From NCBI GenBank assembly GCA_013265495.1, contig MU058781.1, forward strand, positions 5,874,118-5,938,117: a DNA stretch of 64,000 nt, given 5' to 3'. The stretch is from Vicugna vicugna. Its lineage: Eukaryota. The notes beneath the pieces are model-generated. The model was not told the origin of the DNA and did no database searches. It saw nothing but the letters and a program-made list of their open reading frames with translations. The first letter of the stretch is position 1; the number at the start of each line of letters is the position of its first letter. Position numbers and translations under genes: made by a program. This document shows positions 37,101-52,395 of the stretch, piece by piece.

Positions 37101-39361
37101 AGTGCTATATATCTTACCACATCCATGTGAATTGTTATGATCAACTTTCAGCCTCTCAAAACCAAAGAGGTCATCTTTATTACATTGTCTCCTGCCTGAG
37201 AATTTAACGTTAAGCACTGGTTCCAAAGTCTTAATGCTGGGCTCCCTCTAATAATAGAACAAATGTCTGGTCTTTCAGGACTCAATCAAATGGAACTCTA
37301 TTAAGAACCTCCTTCCGTACACCCACCGTGAGAAGGTAACTGATGTTCACCATGACCCCAGAGCACTCCAAGACTCTGAAGTCCCTTCAGGAAAAGATTA
37401 AATTATGTTCAGCCTGGTTTATTATGAAATGTATTTAATTATACTCAACCTCTTTGAGAACTGGAGACCTAGGAAAAGCACAGAGAGTGAGTCACAGGTT
37501 CCCTGGTCACTGGAAGCCTCTGCTCACCAGCCAAACCCCAATCCCTCTTTATCGGAGTTTATGCTAAAATATAGCCCACTCTGGGGTAAGAAAAACTGGG
37601 AATCCAACATGCTAATGATAAAAGTCAAAAGAATTTTGCCCCACATAATCCTCAGGACCACTAATGTGCTGAAATACTAAAGTCAAAATCTTAAAACAAT
37701 GAAAATGTAAACTGTGTAAGATTCCAACATGTTTTGAATGTAATTTTGGCTTTGCTAGTAAGGAATTTAAACATCTGAACAAGGAATAAGATAAAAATAT
37801 ACCAGTAAATATCTTAGAAGTATAAAAATAAGTAAGCAGTACCAAATATTACACTCCTCAGAGCAGGAAAATAACATTTTGTTTGTTCGTCTTGCCCTGT
37901 TTTACAGAAATTATGCATAAGCTAATGAGGAACATAATATATAAAACAAAAAGTTGTTTTATATGTTAGGAGTAAGATGATTCACCTTTGTTAAAATTGC
38001 TTCAATGCTATTATCTTATATTACCTTTTCCAATTAAAAACAGGGATACCAATGTGTCTTAAGTACTATATTTCAGTGTTGGGGAAAAAAGTAGTAGTCA
38101 TCCACTATGACCCTCTGTGCAACAGACACGGCTCCCCTCTGGAGAATTCCGGGGAGTGAAGGAAGCCCTCCCATCTCTGCTTGAACATCTTGGGTGACGG
38201 AGGTCTCATTCCCTCATCAATCAGCTTGTTCTATTTTTAGGCCGTCTTGAAGTCAGAACAGTTCCTCCTCAAGTGGAGTCCAACCCTCCTCACCTCTAAC
38301 TTCCTTCCTGTTCTCCGGACCCACTTCAATGAGTGAGTTCACTTCCCATCAGGCCCTTTGCCGGTTTCCCTCATTTTATCAGTTCAGTCCTGACCTGCTT
38401 CTAACTCACATTTTTCACTATGAGCCTGTAAACCACAAAGGCCATTCCTTATAACCACGTACCAGCAGCTGAAGGGGCCACTGGGCACCAAGGCTCCATG
38501 GAGACACGGCTGGGCGTGGTCCTCGGGCCATTATAGGACTTTGTGGCCTTTCAGGGGACCCAGCTATCACATTCAACCCTTTCTCTGAGAAATATATTCT
38601 GAGTTCCAAAGGTCAGACTTAGAATCTTTCTGAAAAGAATCCATTTATAAACTACTGCTTCTACTTATGGGGAAAATATGTTTCAAAAAAAAAAAACCTA
38701 CAAGGTATAATTTATCACTGTCTTCTTATCTATCTTATGAGCCAAGTGGGTATTTTGGTGTGAGCATTAAAATCCCACAGCTTCTCCTCCCCCAGCTACA
38801 AAAAGCGGACTAGAAACAGAAGTGGCAGAGCCAGCAAACCCGTGCTAAACCCACCTCTCCTCTGCTTCCTGGGGTAACAGGGGCTCAAGGGAAAGGCCAC
38901 GGGTTTCTCAAAGTCACCAGTCTCCCAGCTGTTTCCACCTAAGGACCCTGACAGGCCAGCCAGACACGTGGGACAGATCCAGAGCCCTGGGCCCCTGGAC
39001 CTGGCACTGAGATCGCTTCTGCAGCTCTCGGTCTCTACCTAACAGGCCTCCAGTTATGCCCTGAGGCAGGCAGTGAGGTCCTATAAAATGGCAGCGGCAG
39101 CTTCATCTTAAGTCGTAAATGGTTTAAGCAGAGAAGCGACGGTATTTGTTTTTATTGTTTTATCCAATGCCCATTTGGGCTGTTACTAATTTCTTTAAAT
39201 GTCATGCACACAGATAGCCCTTACTTTACATATTAATGTCCTATTTAGCCTTGAACTGTCCTTCTATAATCTCTCAGCCTCCATCACCCAGAACATGGCC
39301 GTGACTGCCGTGGGCCAAACTGAATAGCTTGGGAGAGTAAGGGTGAGAATTGAAGTATTTT

Positions 39362-40348
39362 TTAAAATTTTTCTTATTTTAGCATAGTTGATTTTCAATG
39401 TTGTGTTAGTTTCAGGCGTATGGCAAAATGATTCAGTTATACATACACACACACACACATATATATATATATTCTTTTTCAGATTCTTTCTCATCGTAGG
39501 TAATTACAAGATAGTGAAAACAGTTCCCTGTGCAATACAGTAGGTCCTTGTTGCTTATCTATTTTATATATAATAGTGTGTATGTATTAATTCCAAACTC
39601 CTAATTTATCCCTCCCCCTCTTTCCCCTGTGGTAATCATATTTGTTTTCTATGTCTGTGAGTCTGCTTCTGTTTTGTAAATAAGTTCATTTATATCACTT
39701 TTCTTTCAGATTCCACATGTAGGTGATATCATATGATATTTGTCTTTCTCTGTCTGACTTACTTCACTTAGTATGATAATCTGTAGGTCCATCCATATTG
39801 CTGCAAATAGCATTCTTTCTTTCTTTTTTATAGCTAAGTAATATTCTAGTGTGTGTGCGTGTGCGTGTGTGTGTGTGTGTGTATGGCACATTTTCTTTAT
39901 CTAGTCACCTGTTGGTGGATATTTAGGTTGCTTCCATGTCTTGGCTATTGTCAATAGTGCTGCTATGAACATTGGGGTGCATGTATTTTTTCAAATTGGG
40001 GTTTTCTCTGGATATATGCCCAGGAGAGGGATTGCTGGACCATATGGTAACTCTATTTTTAGTTGTTTAAGGAGCTCCATACTGTTCTCCAGAGTGGCTG
40101 CACCAGTTTATATTCCCACCAATGGTGTAGGAGGGTTCCCTTTTCTCCACACCCTCTCCAGCATATATAACTTGTAGACTTTTTAATGATGGCCAATCTG
40201 ACTGGTGCGAGGTGGTATCTCACTGTAGTTTTGATTTACATTTCTCTAATAATTAGTGATACTGAGCATCTTTTCATGTACCTGTTGGCCATCTGGATGT
40301 CTTCTTTGGAAAAATGTCTGCTTAGGTCTTCTGCTCATTTTTTGATTG
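39362..40348 (-). mobile_element. 5'-truncated L1, antisense, with embedded (CA/TG)n
   Basis: Minus-strand LEYYLAIKKKERMLFAAIWMDLQIIILSEVSQ and an L1 3' UTR. Confidence 0.95.
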
Positions 40349-41368
40349 GAGCCCATTAATTTTATAAGCTTGCTTATCTGGCTTCCCTGAAGTTTACAAC
40401 AGAGCAGACACAGGCAAATGAAAAGAGCTTTAAGACGTGGCAACCAAGAAAAGTGGGTAAGACAGAGGCCACGGCATCAAGAAGAATTATGAGCTTCTTG
40501 GCATCATGATTCTACTATATCAGGGTAATAACTTTAGAGAAATGACAATAAATCTCCAAGGAAAAGGAGTTAAATTATGTTCACTTTACTACAGTCTATT
40601 TAGGAAACTTTATACTGCCATTCACAATGGTTTCTGTCTGACAATGTTGAGTTTTTTTTTTTTCCTTCGAACAATGTCAGCACTTGATGTATTTAAATTT
40701 TCTGAGTAAATATAACATCTGAAAGCAGTTAATTCCAGGAGTACACAAAATTAAATATTTAAATCTTTACCAGAGAAATACAAAGAACAAAAGTGAATAA
40801 TCATTAAGGAATTCTAAAGAACTCTGTGCTTGCCTTCTTTTGTGAAGAGGAACATCTGAAGGAAAGAAATTTACTTTCTGATCTATATTGGTCAGAGTCC
40901 AGCTGTCATAAAGCCCCTAGGTTTAGGTGGACTGAGAGAGTTTTGAAACCTCTCTCACAGGAACAGTGGGAGAGAGGTTTTCTCCCCTTCTCATTTTCAA
41001 GAAAAAGGTAGTTTTGACTCTAAAAGCTAAGATAAGAAAAAATGAGGGCTGTTTTTAGTGCAATATTTTCTCACTCATCTCTCCCTTAAGCATCCTTGCT
41101 TTGTGGATATGGTATTTCCATCACTAAGACTTGTAGGGAAATTCAGGCAAGGCTCCTTCACTCCTGGCACTTAAGTAGTGCCAACACTACCCTTTTAAAG
41201 TGGAAACGCCCCAATGGGGTGGGGGATGGGGAGAGGCAGTGGGAATCTGAGATTAATACACTTACTGATGCATTTTATTTTAAGTGGATTTCAATTGCAG
41301 CACATTACATGAGGTAATTTTGCGTTAGATTACAAATCAGGAAAATTCCTTAGCATATTATTAGCATA

Positions 41369-41512
41369 CAGTTGGGCCCCCTTTTCTGTGAGTTCCGCAT
41401 CCCCGGATTCAACCAACAGCGGGTCAACAGGATTTGAGCATCCTCGGATTTTGGTCCGAGCATCCTTGAGGGGTCCTGGAACCAATCCCCCATGGATACC
41501 AAGGTTAGACTG
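41369..41512. mobile_element. Tigger-family (MER2-like) internally deleted DNA transposon
   Basis: ta|cagttgggcccc...ggattcaaccaac...gggtcctggaaccaatcccccatggataccaagg...actg. Confidence 0.8.
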
Positions 41513-44500
41513 AATTATTAAGTATTAAGGACAAAGTAATTCTAAGTACAACAAAGTCCATCATTACCAAATTGTTACAATCTCCACTTCTTTAAATACC
41601 TGTTTACCTTTTCACCCTTGGACTCCTTAAAGACCCTTCTCAGGCCTTCTATTGCCTTCAAATCCCAGTTATTGAGATGCTATTTAGAACACAGCTGTTT
41701 ATTCACCTCTTTAACAACACTTCTTCCATTCTTTTTTTGTACTAAAAGCTCTTGAAAGCTTTTATTAGCTGCTTCTTTGCACTTAAATCTGTTTTTTTTT
41801 TTTTAGTGGCAGTGATCTCTAGAGAGGTAAGCCTAATTTTTTTTCCTTTTTTAAAATTCTTTACTTCTATAACTTTTTCCCTAGAGTTTCCCCCATTCCC
41901 CAAATCTCTCGTTAAAGAGACAAAACTCTCATTGGGCTTAATCCTCAAATGTTTTTAATTTACTCATGTGGTACTGCTCCCTTTAGAGAAATGACCAACC
42001 TGTGCCTTCCCAAGGGGACCACACATTTCTTCCTCCTGAATTTTTTTTAACACACTTCTAACAAAGCCAAACATGGATTAAATAACATAAAATGTCTCTT
42101 CACAACACCTAAGTACGAATCAATAATCAAGTCCTAAGAGTCAATGGGTACTGTTGCCATCAATCAACAGCCCCACCTGCCAGGAAGCACCAGACCCTGG
42201 GAAGCTTTGCCCAAGGTACCGAATGAGGTCCCTTTTTGCATCTGTAGGGCCACTCTGCAGACACAGCTCACCCACAGTGCTTTCCTAATGCTAGGAGCGC
42301 CAGGACACAGTTATCTACCCATTCCAATCATCCGCTCCGAAGGCCCAGCAAGAGAGAATGCCACAGAGATACTGGGGGGCAGTGTAACCTTTTAGGGTAT
42401 AACCTTTAAAAAATGTAAATGTCTATGTGGTATATCTGAAAATTACATAATATTGTACATTAACTGTACCTAGATTCAAAAATTTTAAAGAATGATGAGA
42501 AAGAGAAAAAAAAAAGCGAACAAAGTGGCAACCAGTTCCATCTCTCAGTGATTACTAACTTTTCACCTGCACTGCAAATTGACTACGTTCACTATTTGAG
42601 CAGCATCTAAAACCCTCAAGTCTAAACACATCACTCTATCATTAGTGAGTCTCCTTGAAGAAAAACTTCACTGATACATTACTGTGTTAACAGGCGAGGA
42701 GGCTAGAACAAAAATGTGTTTGAGCTGCCTACAGGACCAGCCACTCCCTACCCCTCCCTTTCTCACTGCCAATACCAGGAGGTGATGCTTCATTTTGTTC
42801 TAAGTCTATACTTAACACTGGGGCTTTTCTTAAACAAATAAACCTTTTCCTAAAGAGGGATTAAAACATCTAATAGCTACAGCACACTGGCAGTCATTAA
42901 AACTCTGTTCAGTATCTGTATATCTACTTTCCACATTATAGGGTAATAACATGCATATACATTTCAATTAGGTTGAAATAATACATTTTCAATGCCAACC
43001 CATTGAAAAAAAACTCAATAATTAAAAAAAAAAATCCAACTGAAGCTAAAAGCCCTGTGTCCAGTGAAGAAAAAACACTCATCTAGATGTCCCTGGAGAG
43101 CTATTTTTCTCAGTCTCAGTTTGAGCACAAAAAAGCTGTGTGTTGTATGGTTGGTCATTTAACCTCACTATGCCTCAGGTTTCTCATCTGTGAAATTAGA
43201 ACATTAGGTTAGACTAAAGCCCTTTCAGCTCTAAAATTCTGATTCTATGACTATCCTTTCAATTCAACAAAATAAAATAAAATAAAATACACTGTTTAAT
43301 ACGGCCTACTTTTCAATGAAAAGCTCAGATAGGTCAAGAAAATGCAACCAGAAAATAATTTTTAAACACATAATCCATGTAACACCAAACTACAGAAATT
43401 AATATCTGATCTTTCCTGGCAGAAAACATTCCATTTTTGTTTTCTTTTGTGCAATGTTCAGTTCACCACTAGGCAAGAAATGTGGCATGCCTGTTGGAAT
43501 TCATCTGTATTTACTGATCTGCTGTGTTCCAGGGTTCAGCAGCTCCCCAGCAGAAAGCAACTTCTCTATTACTCACTGTTAAACTGCATTTTAAAGACCA
43601 AGAAAAACAGCTCAGAAATAAGCAAGCAAAATCTTGCTGTCATCCCGTCTGAAACTGTTACAAATTACAGGCTAATCTGTGAATCTGTGACCTCACCCAC
43701 TCAACCTTTGACAAATTGAGTAACTGTTTCCCCGTCAGTGACTACCAAAATGACAAAAATAAAACTTAAAGGAGTGGGACATGGCAGGTTAGGAGTAGGG
43801 AAACGGAAAACAATCAGGGAAACAAACACATCTAACTGAATTCAGAGGCAAATTCCAAGTGGCTTTCAGGGAGGGCTGAAGTCAGAAAAGTAGAGATGCT
43901 GTTTCACTGTTTATTCATGGTTTTACCTTTGGCTGCTTAGAGTGAAGTCTGAACACTGTTTGTGAGTCATAGTAAGAGAGTTCTAAAGCACAATGTGACT
44001 TCCAGGGAGAGCTAAGCCAGACCACACCGCCTGAGCCAGCAGAGGAGATACAGAAAGGTGAAAAGCAGAAGACGCACTTGTTTTTATGAACAGAAGCCCT
44101 CGCCAACTTCCTCAGACTTCCCCAAGTGAAATGTCAGACTTGCCTGATTTTGAATAAGAATCAGCGCTGCCTCGCAGCAGAAAAACCTTCCAACTTCAGG
44201 ACCTGACCACATAGACTTTGCTCATCCATGTTCAAATAGAAATATGTGTAAACTTCCTGGGAGGAAGCAACACAGTACAGGGCTGGAAAAAAAAATGAAA
44301 TTCTTCATCTGCTCAGGATGAAACACACTACTTAAAATACACTGAATGACACCTAAAATGATCTGCTGAATGAAAAGAAAAGCTATTCTGAGTAAAAAAA
44401 AAAAAAGCTATTATTTAGCGATGGAGGCTGACTCTGTAGCCTTCACTCTCCTCGTCAGTTACATTTCCATGAAACACATGTGGCAGGCAGTTCACGCATG

Positions 44501-45879
44501 TCAGTTTCCCCAGCTGTACACACTCTAAGGTCTTCCTTGACTCTCTGGGCTGCTCCCTCCTGCTGGTCCAGCCGGTCATCTGCAAAGGCTCTTTGGAGGG
44601 GCTCAACCCTTTAAGGACCAGTGCTGGCAAGGATCTGGGAATGCACTTCTCTGTATCTGGGGTACAGAAGAGAAAACACTCCCTGTTCTGCCTCTGTGGT
44701 CATTATGTTTCTGGTGGGTGCACATCCCACCGTGTTCTGGACTCCCTCCCCACGTCCATTCCTGGCCGACGATGTGATCAAAGAAGGGCAGGAGGGGAGG
44801 GCCAAGTTTAAGCTTACCAGGAGATCAGATTGTCTGGTGCTGAGCAGAAGTTGCGAGATAACAGCTGAATCCTGGCCATTTACAGCAACACAAAACTAGC
44901 CCTGTTCCCTTTACTGCTGTGGTTGCCATGGCTGACCTAAACAATATCCCCCAGCTTCTCCCCTCCAGCCTCCTAACCACCTCCCACAGACCTCCAGCGT
45001 GGGCAGGAGGAGGTGAAAGTCCTCGCTGACAGGAATTTAGACGCTGGAGAGGACTGAAAGGGAGCTGAGTACAGGCAGGTCAGCCCTGAGGGGTAAAGTG
45101 GTCAGCAGACGTTCTGTTTTCTGCTACAAGGTTCTGCTTCCCCGAGTTTTCACCTCATTTCACGTGGAAAATAGATCTTAAGAAGGAAAAGAAACTGGCT
45201 AAAAATCTCAACTTGGGAAAATAACTAACACCTTTAAACTTTGATTTTACTACAATCAGCCAAACAAATGGGGGGGGAAAGGGAGTAACATCCTGGATGT
45301 AGGAATATCTGGACGGAGGAAAGAGGGGAGTCTCCGTCATGGGTGATAAGCCCTGGGGATAGCACGAATGTTATGATTTTCTTGTTTAAAACAAATTCCT
45401 GTTGGAAGATGCCATTAAAAAAAAAATCCAGACACAGAAACCACACAAAGAAAGAAAAAAAGTAGATTATCCTAAAAATAAACCACAGATGAATTTTTTA
45501 TAATACATTTTGAAACTAAAGACAGACCAGCCCAGAGCAGGGGGTTCAGGGAATGGAGCACCTGGACACCAGACCCAGCTCAGCCAATGTCCAGCTACTG
45601 CCCCTTTTGACCCACTTGTTTCCTAGTCGAAAAGAAAAGAAAAGAAAAGAGTGGAGTGAAGCATCTTTAAATCTCCTAACTCAAAAATGCTCTTTATCAC
45701 CTCTGTGAACAATACTGCAACCAGATTTGAACAAAACCATACGCAGAAGAAAAAAGAGGCAGAGACTTACATCTTAACTCTTAACAGTGGTTAGGCTGCA
45801 CCATGGGGTTAAGGGTGACGCTTCCCCACTTCTCAGTTTGCTTACTTTGGGAAACTTGGGCCTGAAAGAAAAAGACAAC

Positions 45880-45995
45880 TACAGGATGGTGGTAACATAC
45901 AACACTGTGGATGCACGTAATGTCACTGAACTGCACATCAAACATGGTTAACACGGCAAGTAGTACGCTACGTATGTTTTCCCACAATAAAAAAA
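45880..45995 (+). mobile_element. Old L1 3' end fragment
   Basis: ggatggtggtaacatacaacactgtggatgcacgtaatgtcactgaactgcacat...ccacaataaaa. Confidence 0.7.
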
Positions 45996-48934
45996 TATAA
46001 ATCTATATAAAAGAGGGGGAAAAAAAACTGTGATGGAACCCACACTGCCTGAACGTTTTGAAGGTGGGCCCTGAGTTAAAAATAAAACACACAGAGTTGA
46101 GTCTTCATTGCCTATCTAATTTGGTCTCCAGGGTCCGCTGAGCCCGGTTTCCACTTCTACCCGCAAATGAGAGAAACGGTTTATCTGCTGTTTCACAGAG
46201 CGGTTCCTCAGCCATCCGTGGTTCCTCTCCCCTTCCCCACAAAAACTGGCTGCCACGCTACAGAATCAGTCAAATGCTACAAATCACTCCTAAAAGCTCC
46301 TGTGAGGCTCTCCGTCTAAGAATCTGAACAGATCAAAATCTCAAGTGCTTACTTGCCTAGAGACTGCCATAATTTGAGGTGCTGCTTCTTTTTCAAGAAT
46401 AAAAAAACAGATGCTCTGAGCTCATGAAAGTAAATGTCCTTTCAACACATCCCTTCTCTCGCACCTGAAACTCTTACCAACAAGAAGTGCTTTCCACACT
46501 GAGTTCGGTAGTTCTGCACTTTTTTTTTTCTTTGAAGTGGCCCTGCAGTGTGATTCTCTACCTGGGGTAAAATGACGCCTAACAGTGAGCGTACTGAGGG
46601 CACCCCAAACCAGGCACACAGGCAGAGACAGCTGCTTGGATTCCAGGGTGACACCCAAGGATACCGTCTCCCTGCGTCAGAGCTAAAGTAATCCAATCCT
46701 TCTTGACAAGCTTACACAAAGTCGCAAAGTTACACACACGGGCTTAGTCATTTCCAAACTTCTGCACAAATATATACCTAAGAACATTTCTGCCTTGCTC
46801 TGTAAGCCCCTCTGCGTGAACTCAGTGAGGGAGACTGAGGAGACAGCGCCAAACAGACCAGTGAGCTGAGAGATCTAATCTCAGCCCTACCCGTCCTTTG
46901 GAAGCCTAACAACTTCACCAGGCCTCTTTTCTTATCTGTAAAATGCACAGATTGGACCTGATCATCCGAAAACCCCTACAAGCTGGAGCACTCATATGAA
47001 TATGACAACTGGCCACAGCCATGTACATAACAAGCCAAAATCGAAGCAGTGAGCTCACACCCAGCCAGGAGAGGGACAGGGACCAGAGGGTGAGTGCTGA
47101 AATCGATGGGACTGGATCCCAGATCAACATAAAACAATAAACCCACGGTTCTGCCCAGCCCCATACTAAGTTCTGGGGAGACAGATACACAAGGAAGTGT
47201 GGTTCTCACTGAAGCCACTCTAACAGACAGAGACTGAAATTGAATCAGGGAACCAAATAAAATGCAGTAAGTTAAACGTATAGTTCACTTCTTTCATTTA
47301 ATAAGCAAGTAAGCTGCAGAAGCCCCTGCAGGGGTCTGGACCTGTTTATCCAAGCACATGCCCGACACCTCCACCCCGAGGCCCCACTCAGTTCTGCGGG
47401 GCCCCCCACCACAGTCAGTGGTGTCATCATCCACCCGGTCATCCAAACCAGAAACTCCTCCCTCTCACTCACCTCCAAAGTGTAATTCATCATCAGGTCC
47501 TCCAGATGCTGCCTTGTTTACATGCCTCTGATCTGCCCAGTCCTTCCAGCGTCACTCCCACTGTCACCACAAGCTCTCCGAGAACCAGAGCCCTGTCTGT
47601 CCGGTCACGGTGGGCTCCCCAGCACACAGGTCAGTGATTAGCATGGGGCGAGTGCTTCATGCTTGTTGAGTAGACATTCCTCTGTCACCTGAATTTCTGG
47701 AACTGTTTCCCCTCTGGTCTTCCTGCTCACCACCTGGTCCCTTATCAAGCCAAAGACACAGCACAAGAATAATAGGATTTCTAAAACACGCACCTGATTT
47801 TTCACATCCCTGCTTTGAGTCTTTCGGCGGGTCTGTATTCCATTCTGGATAAAATCCAAATTCCTGGGTTCGGCACAGCCCTCCGGACCTAGTCTTTGAT
47901 CCTGCCCAGCGCTGTCAGGCTAGCCTCACTTCAGTTGCCTCATCAGTCGGTTTATGTATCATTTTGCCGTTTCTTGCCGTTTTTTGCACATGCTGCCTAG
48001 ATGACTTTGCACGTGCTTGTCTAAACTACTCTTCATTCTGAAAAACTTAAGTTTGATGGACCTGTGTCCCGAAAGCCTTCTCTGACTCCCTCCTCCCCTC
48101 AGTCAATCTGATTTCGATGCTCTTTCTCTGGGGTCCTGTAACATACCCGTTTCACAATGCTTGACACAGAGTAATGTCTGGAGCTGCTGCCTGCTCCCAG
48201 CACCTGAGGTCAAAGCTGTAACTTATCTGATGCTCTAACCTCAGGACCTAGAGCAAAATCTAACATATAATAGGTATTCAAGAAATATTTATTGAATTAA
48301 TGAAGACTGGTGGGGGAGGGGAAGTGAGCGAGGGGGAAAGGGCTCAAAAGGGCTCAAAAGAAAGAGAAGCCCCTGAAAGGTTTAAGTGCTTTTCTCAAGG
48401 GTAAGTAAACCAGTTAGTATCAGAACTGGGTTAAGAACCCAGTTCTCCTGATTTTCTCTGATGGAGAAATTCTATCAATGTTTTTTCAAGGACCTCTTCT
48501 CTATCTCAGCCTGTCACCTCCTCCTAGAATTCTCCCTATGGTTTTATTAACTATTTTCAAATCCCTCTCTCCTATCAGCTCTAGACTTATATATTCAATT
48601 ACCTGCTACCTAGATGTCCCATTGGTAGCCCAAATTTAAAATGACAAGAAATAAAATAATTTCCCCCTGCCCTCTGCAGGAGGTAAAAAAAAAACCCAAA
48701 CCAAAAGGCAAAACACTAGTTCCTTCTAGATCACGTGGGCCTCCCTGTGCCCATTCATACAATCACCTGAGACAGAAATGTGGAAGATAGCATTTTTTAA
48801 ATTCTTCATTTTTAAAAAAATTATCACTTCCATACTAGGACATATGCCATGTATTTTATGTTTTTGGCTCATTTAACCCTGCCAATAAACCCTGATAAGA
48901 AATCATGTAGTAACTAGAATTCAGAAGGAATAGA

Positions 48935-48991
<57 letters not shown>

Positions 48992-49035
48992 GAAAGGAAG
49001 GAAGGAAGGAAGGAAGAAAGGAAGAAAGAAAGAAA
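48935..49035. repeat. (GAAA)n/(GAAG)n microsatellite
   Basis: Directly visible in the sequence. Confidence 0.97.
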
Positions 49036-49541
49036 TTTAATATATTTGCCACTCATGCTGAGCACGGTTCACCTTCTCTTTCTCTCACACTTATCAAGAT
49101 CTACTGATCGTTCCCCACTCCTCCCACTCTGACGGCCACTATCCTGACCTAGAACCTCTGAAACTCTTGAACTATTGCAGTAGACCCCAGATGCTATTTC
49201 TGCTTCCGGTGTCACCCTAATCAATTCAGTCCTCCACTTTGCCAGAAGAATGAACTTTCTGAAAGTGCCAGTCACTTCTGGTTGTTGCAGACAAGATGGA
49301 GACATTGCACAGGCTGGAGATTGATGCATCTCAGAGTTACGCCCAGTAACTAATGTAAGTATTCAGGGAAACTCTTGGAGAAAAGAAGGTAAGCCTCAGA
49401 AGGGGAAAACTGGGGAAAATAGCGACTGAGACTGGAAAGGTCTAATGGTTATGAAGTGGGGAGTGACACGGGGAACAGTGAGGTTACTGACAGGTCTTAG
49501 AGAAATCTAAGTTTATGTTAAGATAAAGTTAAACACTATAA

Positions 49542-49595
49542 GAATAAAATAAAATAAAATAAAATAAAATAAAATAAAATAAAATAAAATAAAAT
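49542..49595. repeat. (AAAAT)n microsatellite
   Basis: Directly visible in the sequence. Confidence 0.97.
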
Positions 49596-49599
49596 GTAT

Positions 49600-51983
49600 T
49601 CTTTTAAAATTAGCAAAAGAAAATTCAAAAGAAGGAAGGAAAGTGGTTTTTAAAAAGGAAGCAAAAAGAAATGGCAAGTAGAAAACATTAAACAAGGCTA
49701 AAAAGTTTTAATAAAATAATTAAAGTAAGTAAAATTGGTGTAAAGTTACTAACCAAATAACAGATAGTACTAGTATTACATTTAAACTATACACAATATG
49801 TAGGGGGAAAAAAAGTGACCCATTTAAAATGAAAGTATAAAACAAAGTTGAAAACAAGGAGTTAAAAAAGAAAATATGAACAAAAATAAAAACAAAATCC
49901 ACGATAGTACTTTTAATATCAGATAAATGAAATATAAGGTAAAAAGCATTACAAATGACCATGAAGGACTCATACACCAGCAAAAGGAACAATCAATAAA
50001 GAAGATTTTATGATCATGAACATATAAGCATCAAACAAAATGGCCTCAAAATTATTAAAGGCATCAACTATAAATCAAAAGTGTAGTTGGCAATCAAGAA
50101 AAAAGAAAGGAAGGCTTAAAAATCCCCCATTTTCTGGGAAGTAAAATGCCTACTATTAACCTGGGGAGGAAATGAAATAGAAATAATAAAATACTGAGTT
50201 AAATAACAATAAAAGTATTATATATCAAAATTTGTGTGGTGCAGCTAAAGCATGAGGATTCACCCAAAATCCTTGGCTGAAGTCTGACAAGGCTACAGCT
50301 GTTATGACCGTATCCATTTCTGCAGCTTTGTAGACAAGGAGAATTACCAGAGTTAAAGAACAATTTTGTAATAATTAAAGGGTTTATTCACTAGGAATCT
50401 ATAATTCATTAGGAAGATACAATCCTAGAAATGTATGCACCTGTGCACCCAGGGAAAGAAAAGAATGAAAATTTCAAATCAATAATCTACAAAAGGAGAA
50501 CAAATTATACCCAAAGTAAGGACAAAGAAGGAAATGATCAACATAAGAGCAGAAATCAGTGAACCAGAAAATCAGCAATAGTTTGTCCTTTGATTAACTC
50601 CTAGCAAGACTAATCACAAGAACAAGAGAAAACAAAAGAATAGTATTTAAAATGGAAAAGGAGATATTGCTACAGATTCTACAGATAATAAATATTATAA
50701 ACAACGTTATGCCAGTAACTTTGGCAACTTAGATGAAATGAGCAATTTCTTGAAAAATGGAAACATAACTTACCAAAACATAGCCAAAAGTAAGCAAAAA
50801 ATTTGATGTCTGTTATCTGTTAAGAAAAAAGTTGACTTCATTATCAAAATCCTCTGCACACTGTGATATAACTGGTATCCTGATTGTGGTGACAGTTATG
50901 CAACCCTACACATGTTTTAAACTCAGAACTGTAACCAAAAAAGGACATTTTACTGTATGGTGTTTTTCAATTAAATTAAATACTTTTAGAACCTTTGCAC
51001 AAAGAAAACACCAGGCCCAAATATTTTCAACTATCGAATTTCACCAATTATTTTTAAAAGAAATAAAATCTTACAAAAGCTCTTTCAGAAAACAGTAAAA
51101 ACAGGAACACTCCACCACATATTTTATGAGACCAGCATAATGTTAATACCAAAAGCTAGCATATGCTATACAAGACAAGAAAATTAAAGATAACTCTTAA
51201 TAGGCATAGTTGTAAAAATACTTAATAAAATGTTAGCAAAAAAAATCATAGGTGAGAAGAATAATACATAATGATAACTTTCTTTAACCCAGGAACTCAA
51301 GGTTGGTTTAAAGTTTAAAATCAATCAATGTAATTTACTAGATAGAGGAGAGAAACCATATGTTATCTTATCAGAGGAAGAAAGAGGACGCCACAATATT
51401 CAAAATCCAATGCTGATAAAAAACAAACAAATAAACGTCTCTGAGAAAACTAGGAATAGAAGGACTCATATTCAGAATATATAAAGAAATTTTATACATC
51501 AAAAAAAAAAGGCAACCAACCCAATTTTAAAAACTGTCAAGGAACGTGAACAGACACTACAAAGAAGATACACAAATGGCCAAAAAGCACATAAAAAGAT
51601 GCTCAACTGCATTAGTGATCAGGAAATGCAATTAAGACCATGGGATAGTACTTCATTTAACCACTAGAAGAGCTGAAATGAAAAAAGAATGAGAAGGCCA
51701 AATGCTCATGAGGAAGCAGAGCGACTGGAACTTTCATCCACTTGTGGAGGGAGCATAAAATGCTACAGCCGCTACAAAACACAGGCAGGCTCTTATAAAG
51801 TTACACACCTACCCTATGTCCCAGTAATTCACTCCAAAGAGAAATGAAAATAGATGTCCACAAAAAGACTTGCACAAGAGTATTTACAGCTGCTTTCTTC
51901 ATAATAGTCAAAACATGGAAACAACCCAAAAGTCCATGAGCAAGTGAATGAATTAACTGTAGTGTGTATATATATGTATATAT

Positions 51984-52021
<38 letters not shown>

Positions 52022-52395
52022 TTCCCCAGCAGACTCCTGGTCAGAATTTTTAAAAATACAGTGATCTGATACATGCAACAGCGTGGGTGAATCTCAAAAA
52101 CAGTAAGTTAAACAAAAGAAGGCAGATACAAAACAGTACACACATGATTTCACTTATATGAAGTTCAAGAACAGACCAAACTCATCTATGGTGAAAGAAA
52201 TCAAGGCAGTGGTCGATTATGGGGGGATAGGCAGTGACTGGAAGGAGAAAGGAGGCCTCTCTTGGGGGTGGTGGACATGCTCCACTTCTAGAATAGGGTG
52301 CTGGCTACACAGACGGATACAGTTATCAAAACTCACTGAACTGTACATTTAAGACATGCGCATTTCACTGCATGGAAACCCTTCCTGAATAAAAA
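49600..52395 (+). mobile_element. Ancient, heavily deleted L1 (L1M-type) with ORF2 remnants and 3' UTR
   Basis: A-rich degraded ORF2 (aaaatttgtgtggtgcagctaaagca, ttttatgagaccagcataatgttaataccaaa, aagaagatacacaaatggccaaaaagcacat) and an old 3' UTR ending tgaactgtacatttaag...aataaa. Includes (TG)n at about 51965-52020. Confidence 0.85.

Noticed and set aside
37939..37964. 11-bp AT-rich inverted repeat
   Set aside because: It is low complexity and expected by chance in AT-rich DNA.
48422..48446. 11-bp inverted repeat agaactgggtt/aacccagttct
   Set aside because: It lies in a MIR-like remnant whose consensus is already quasi-palindromic at this position.
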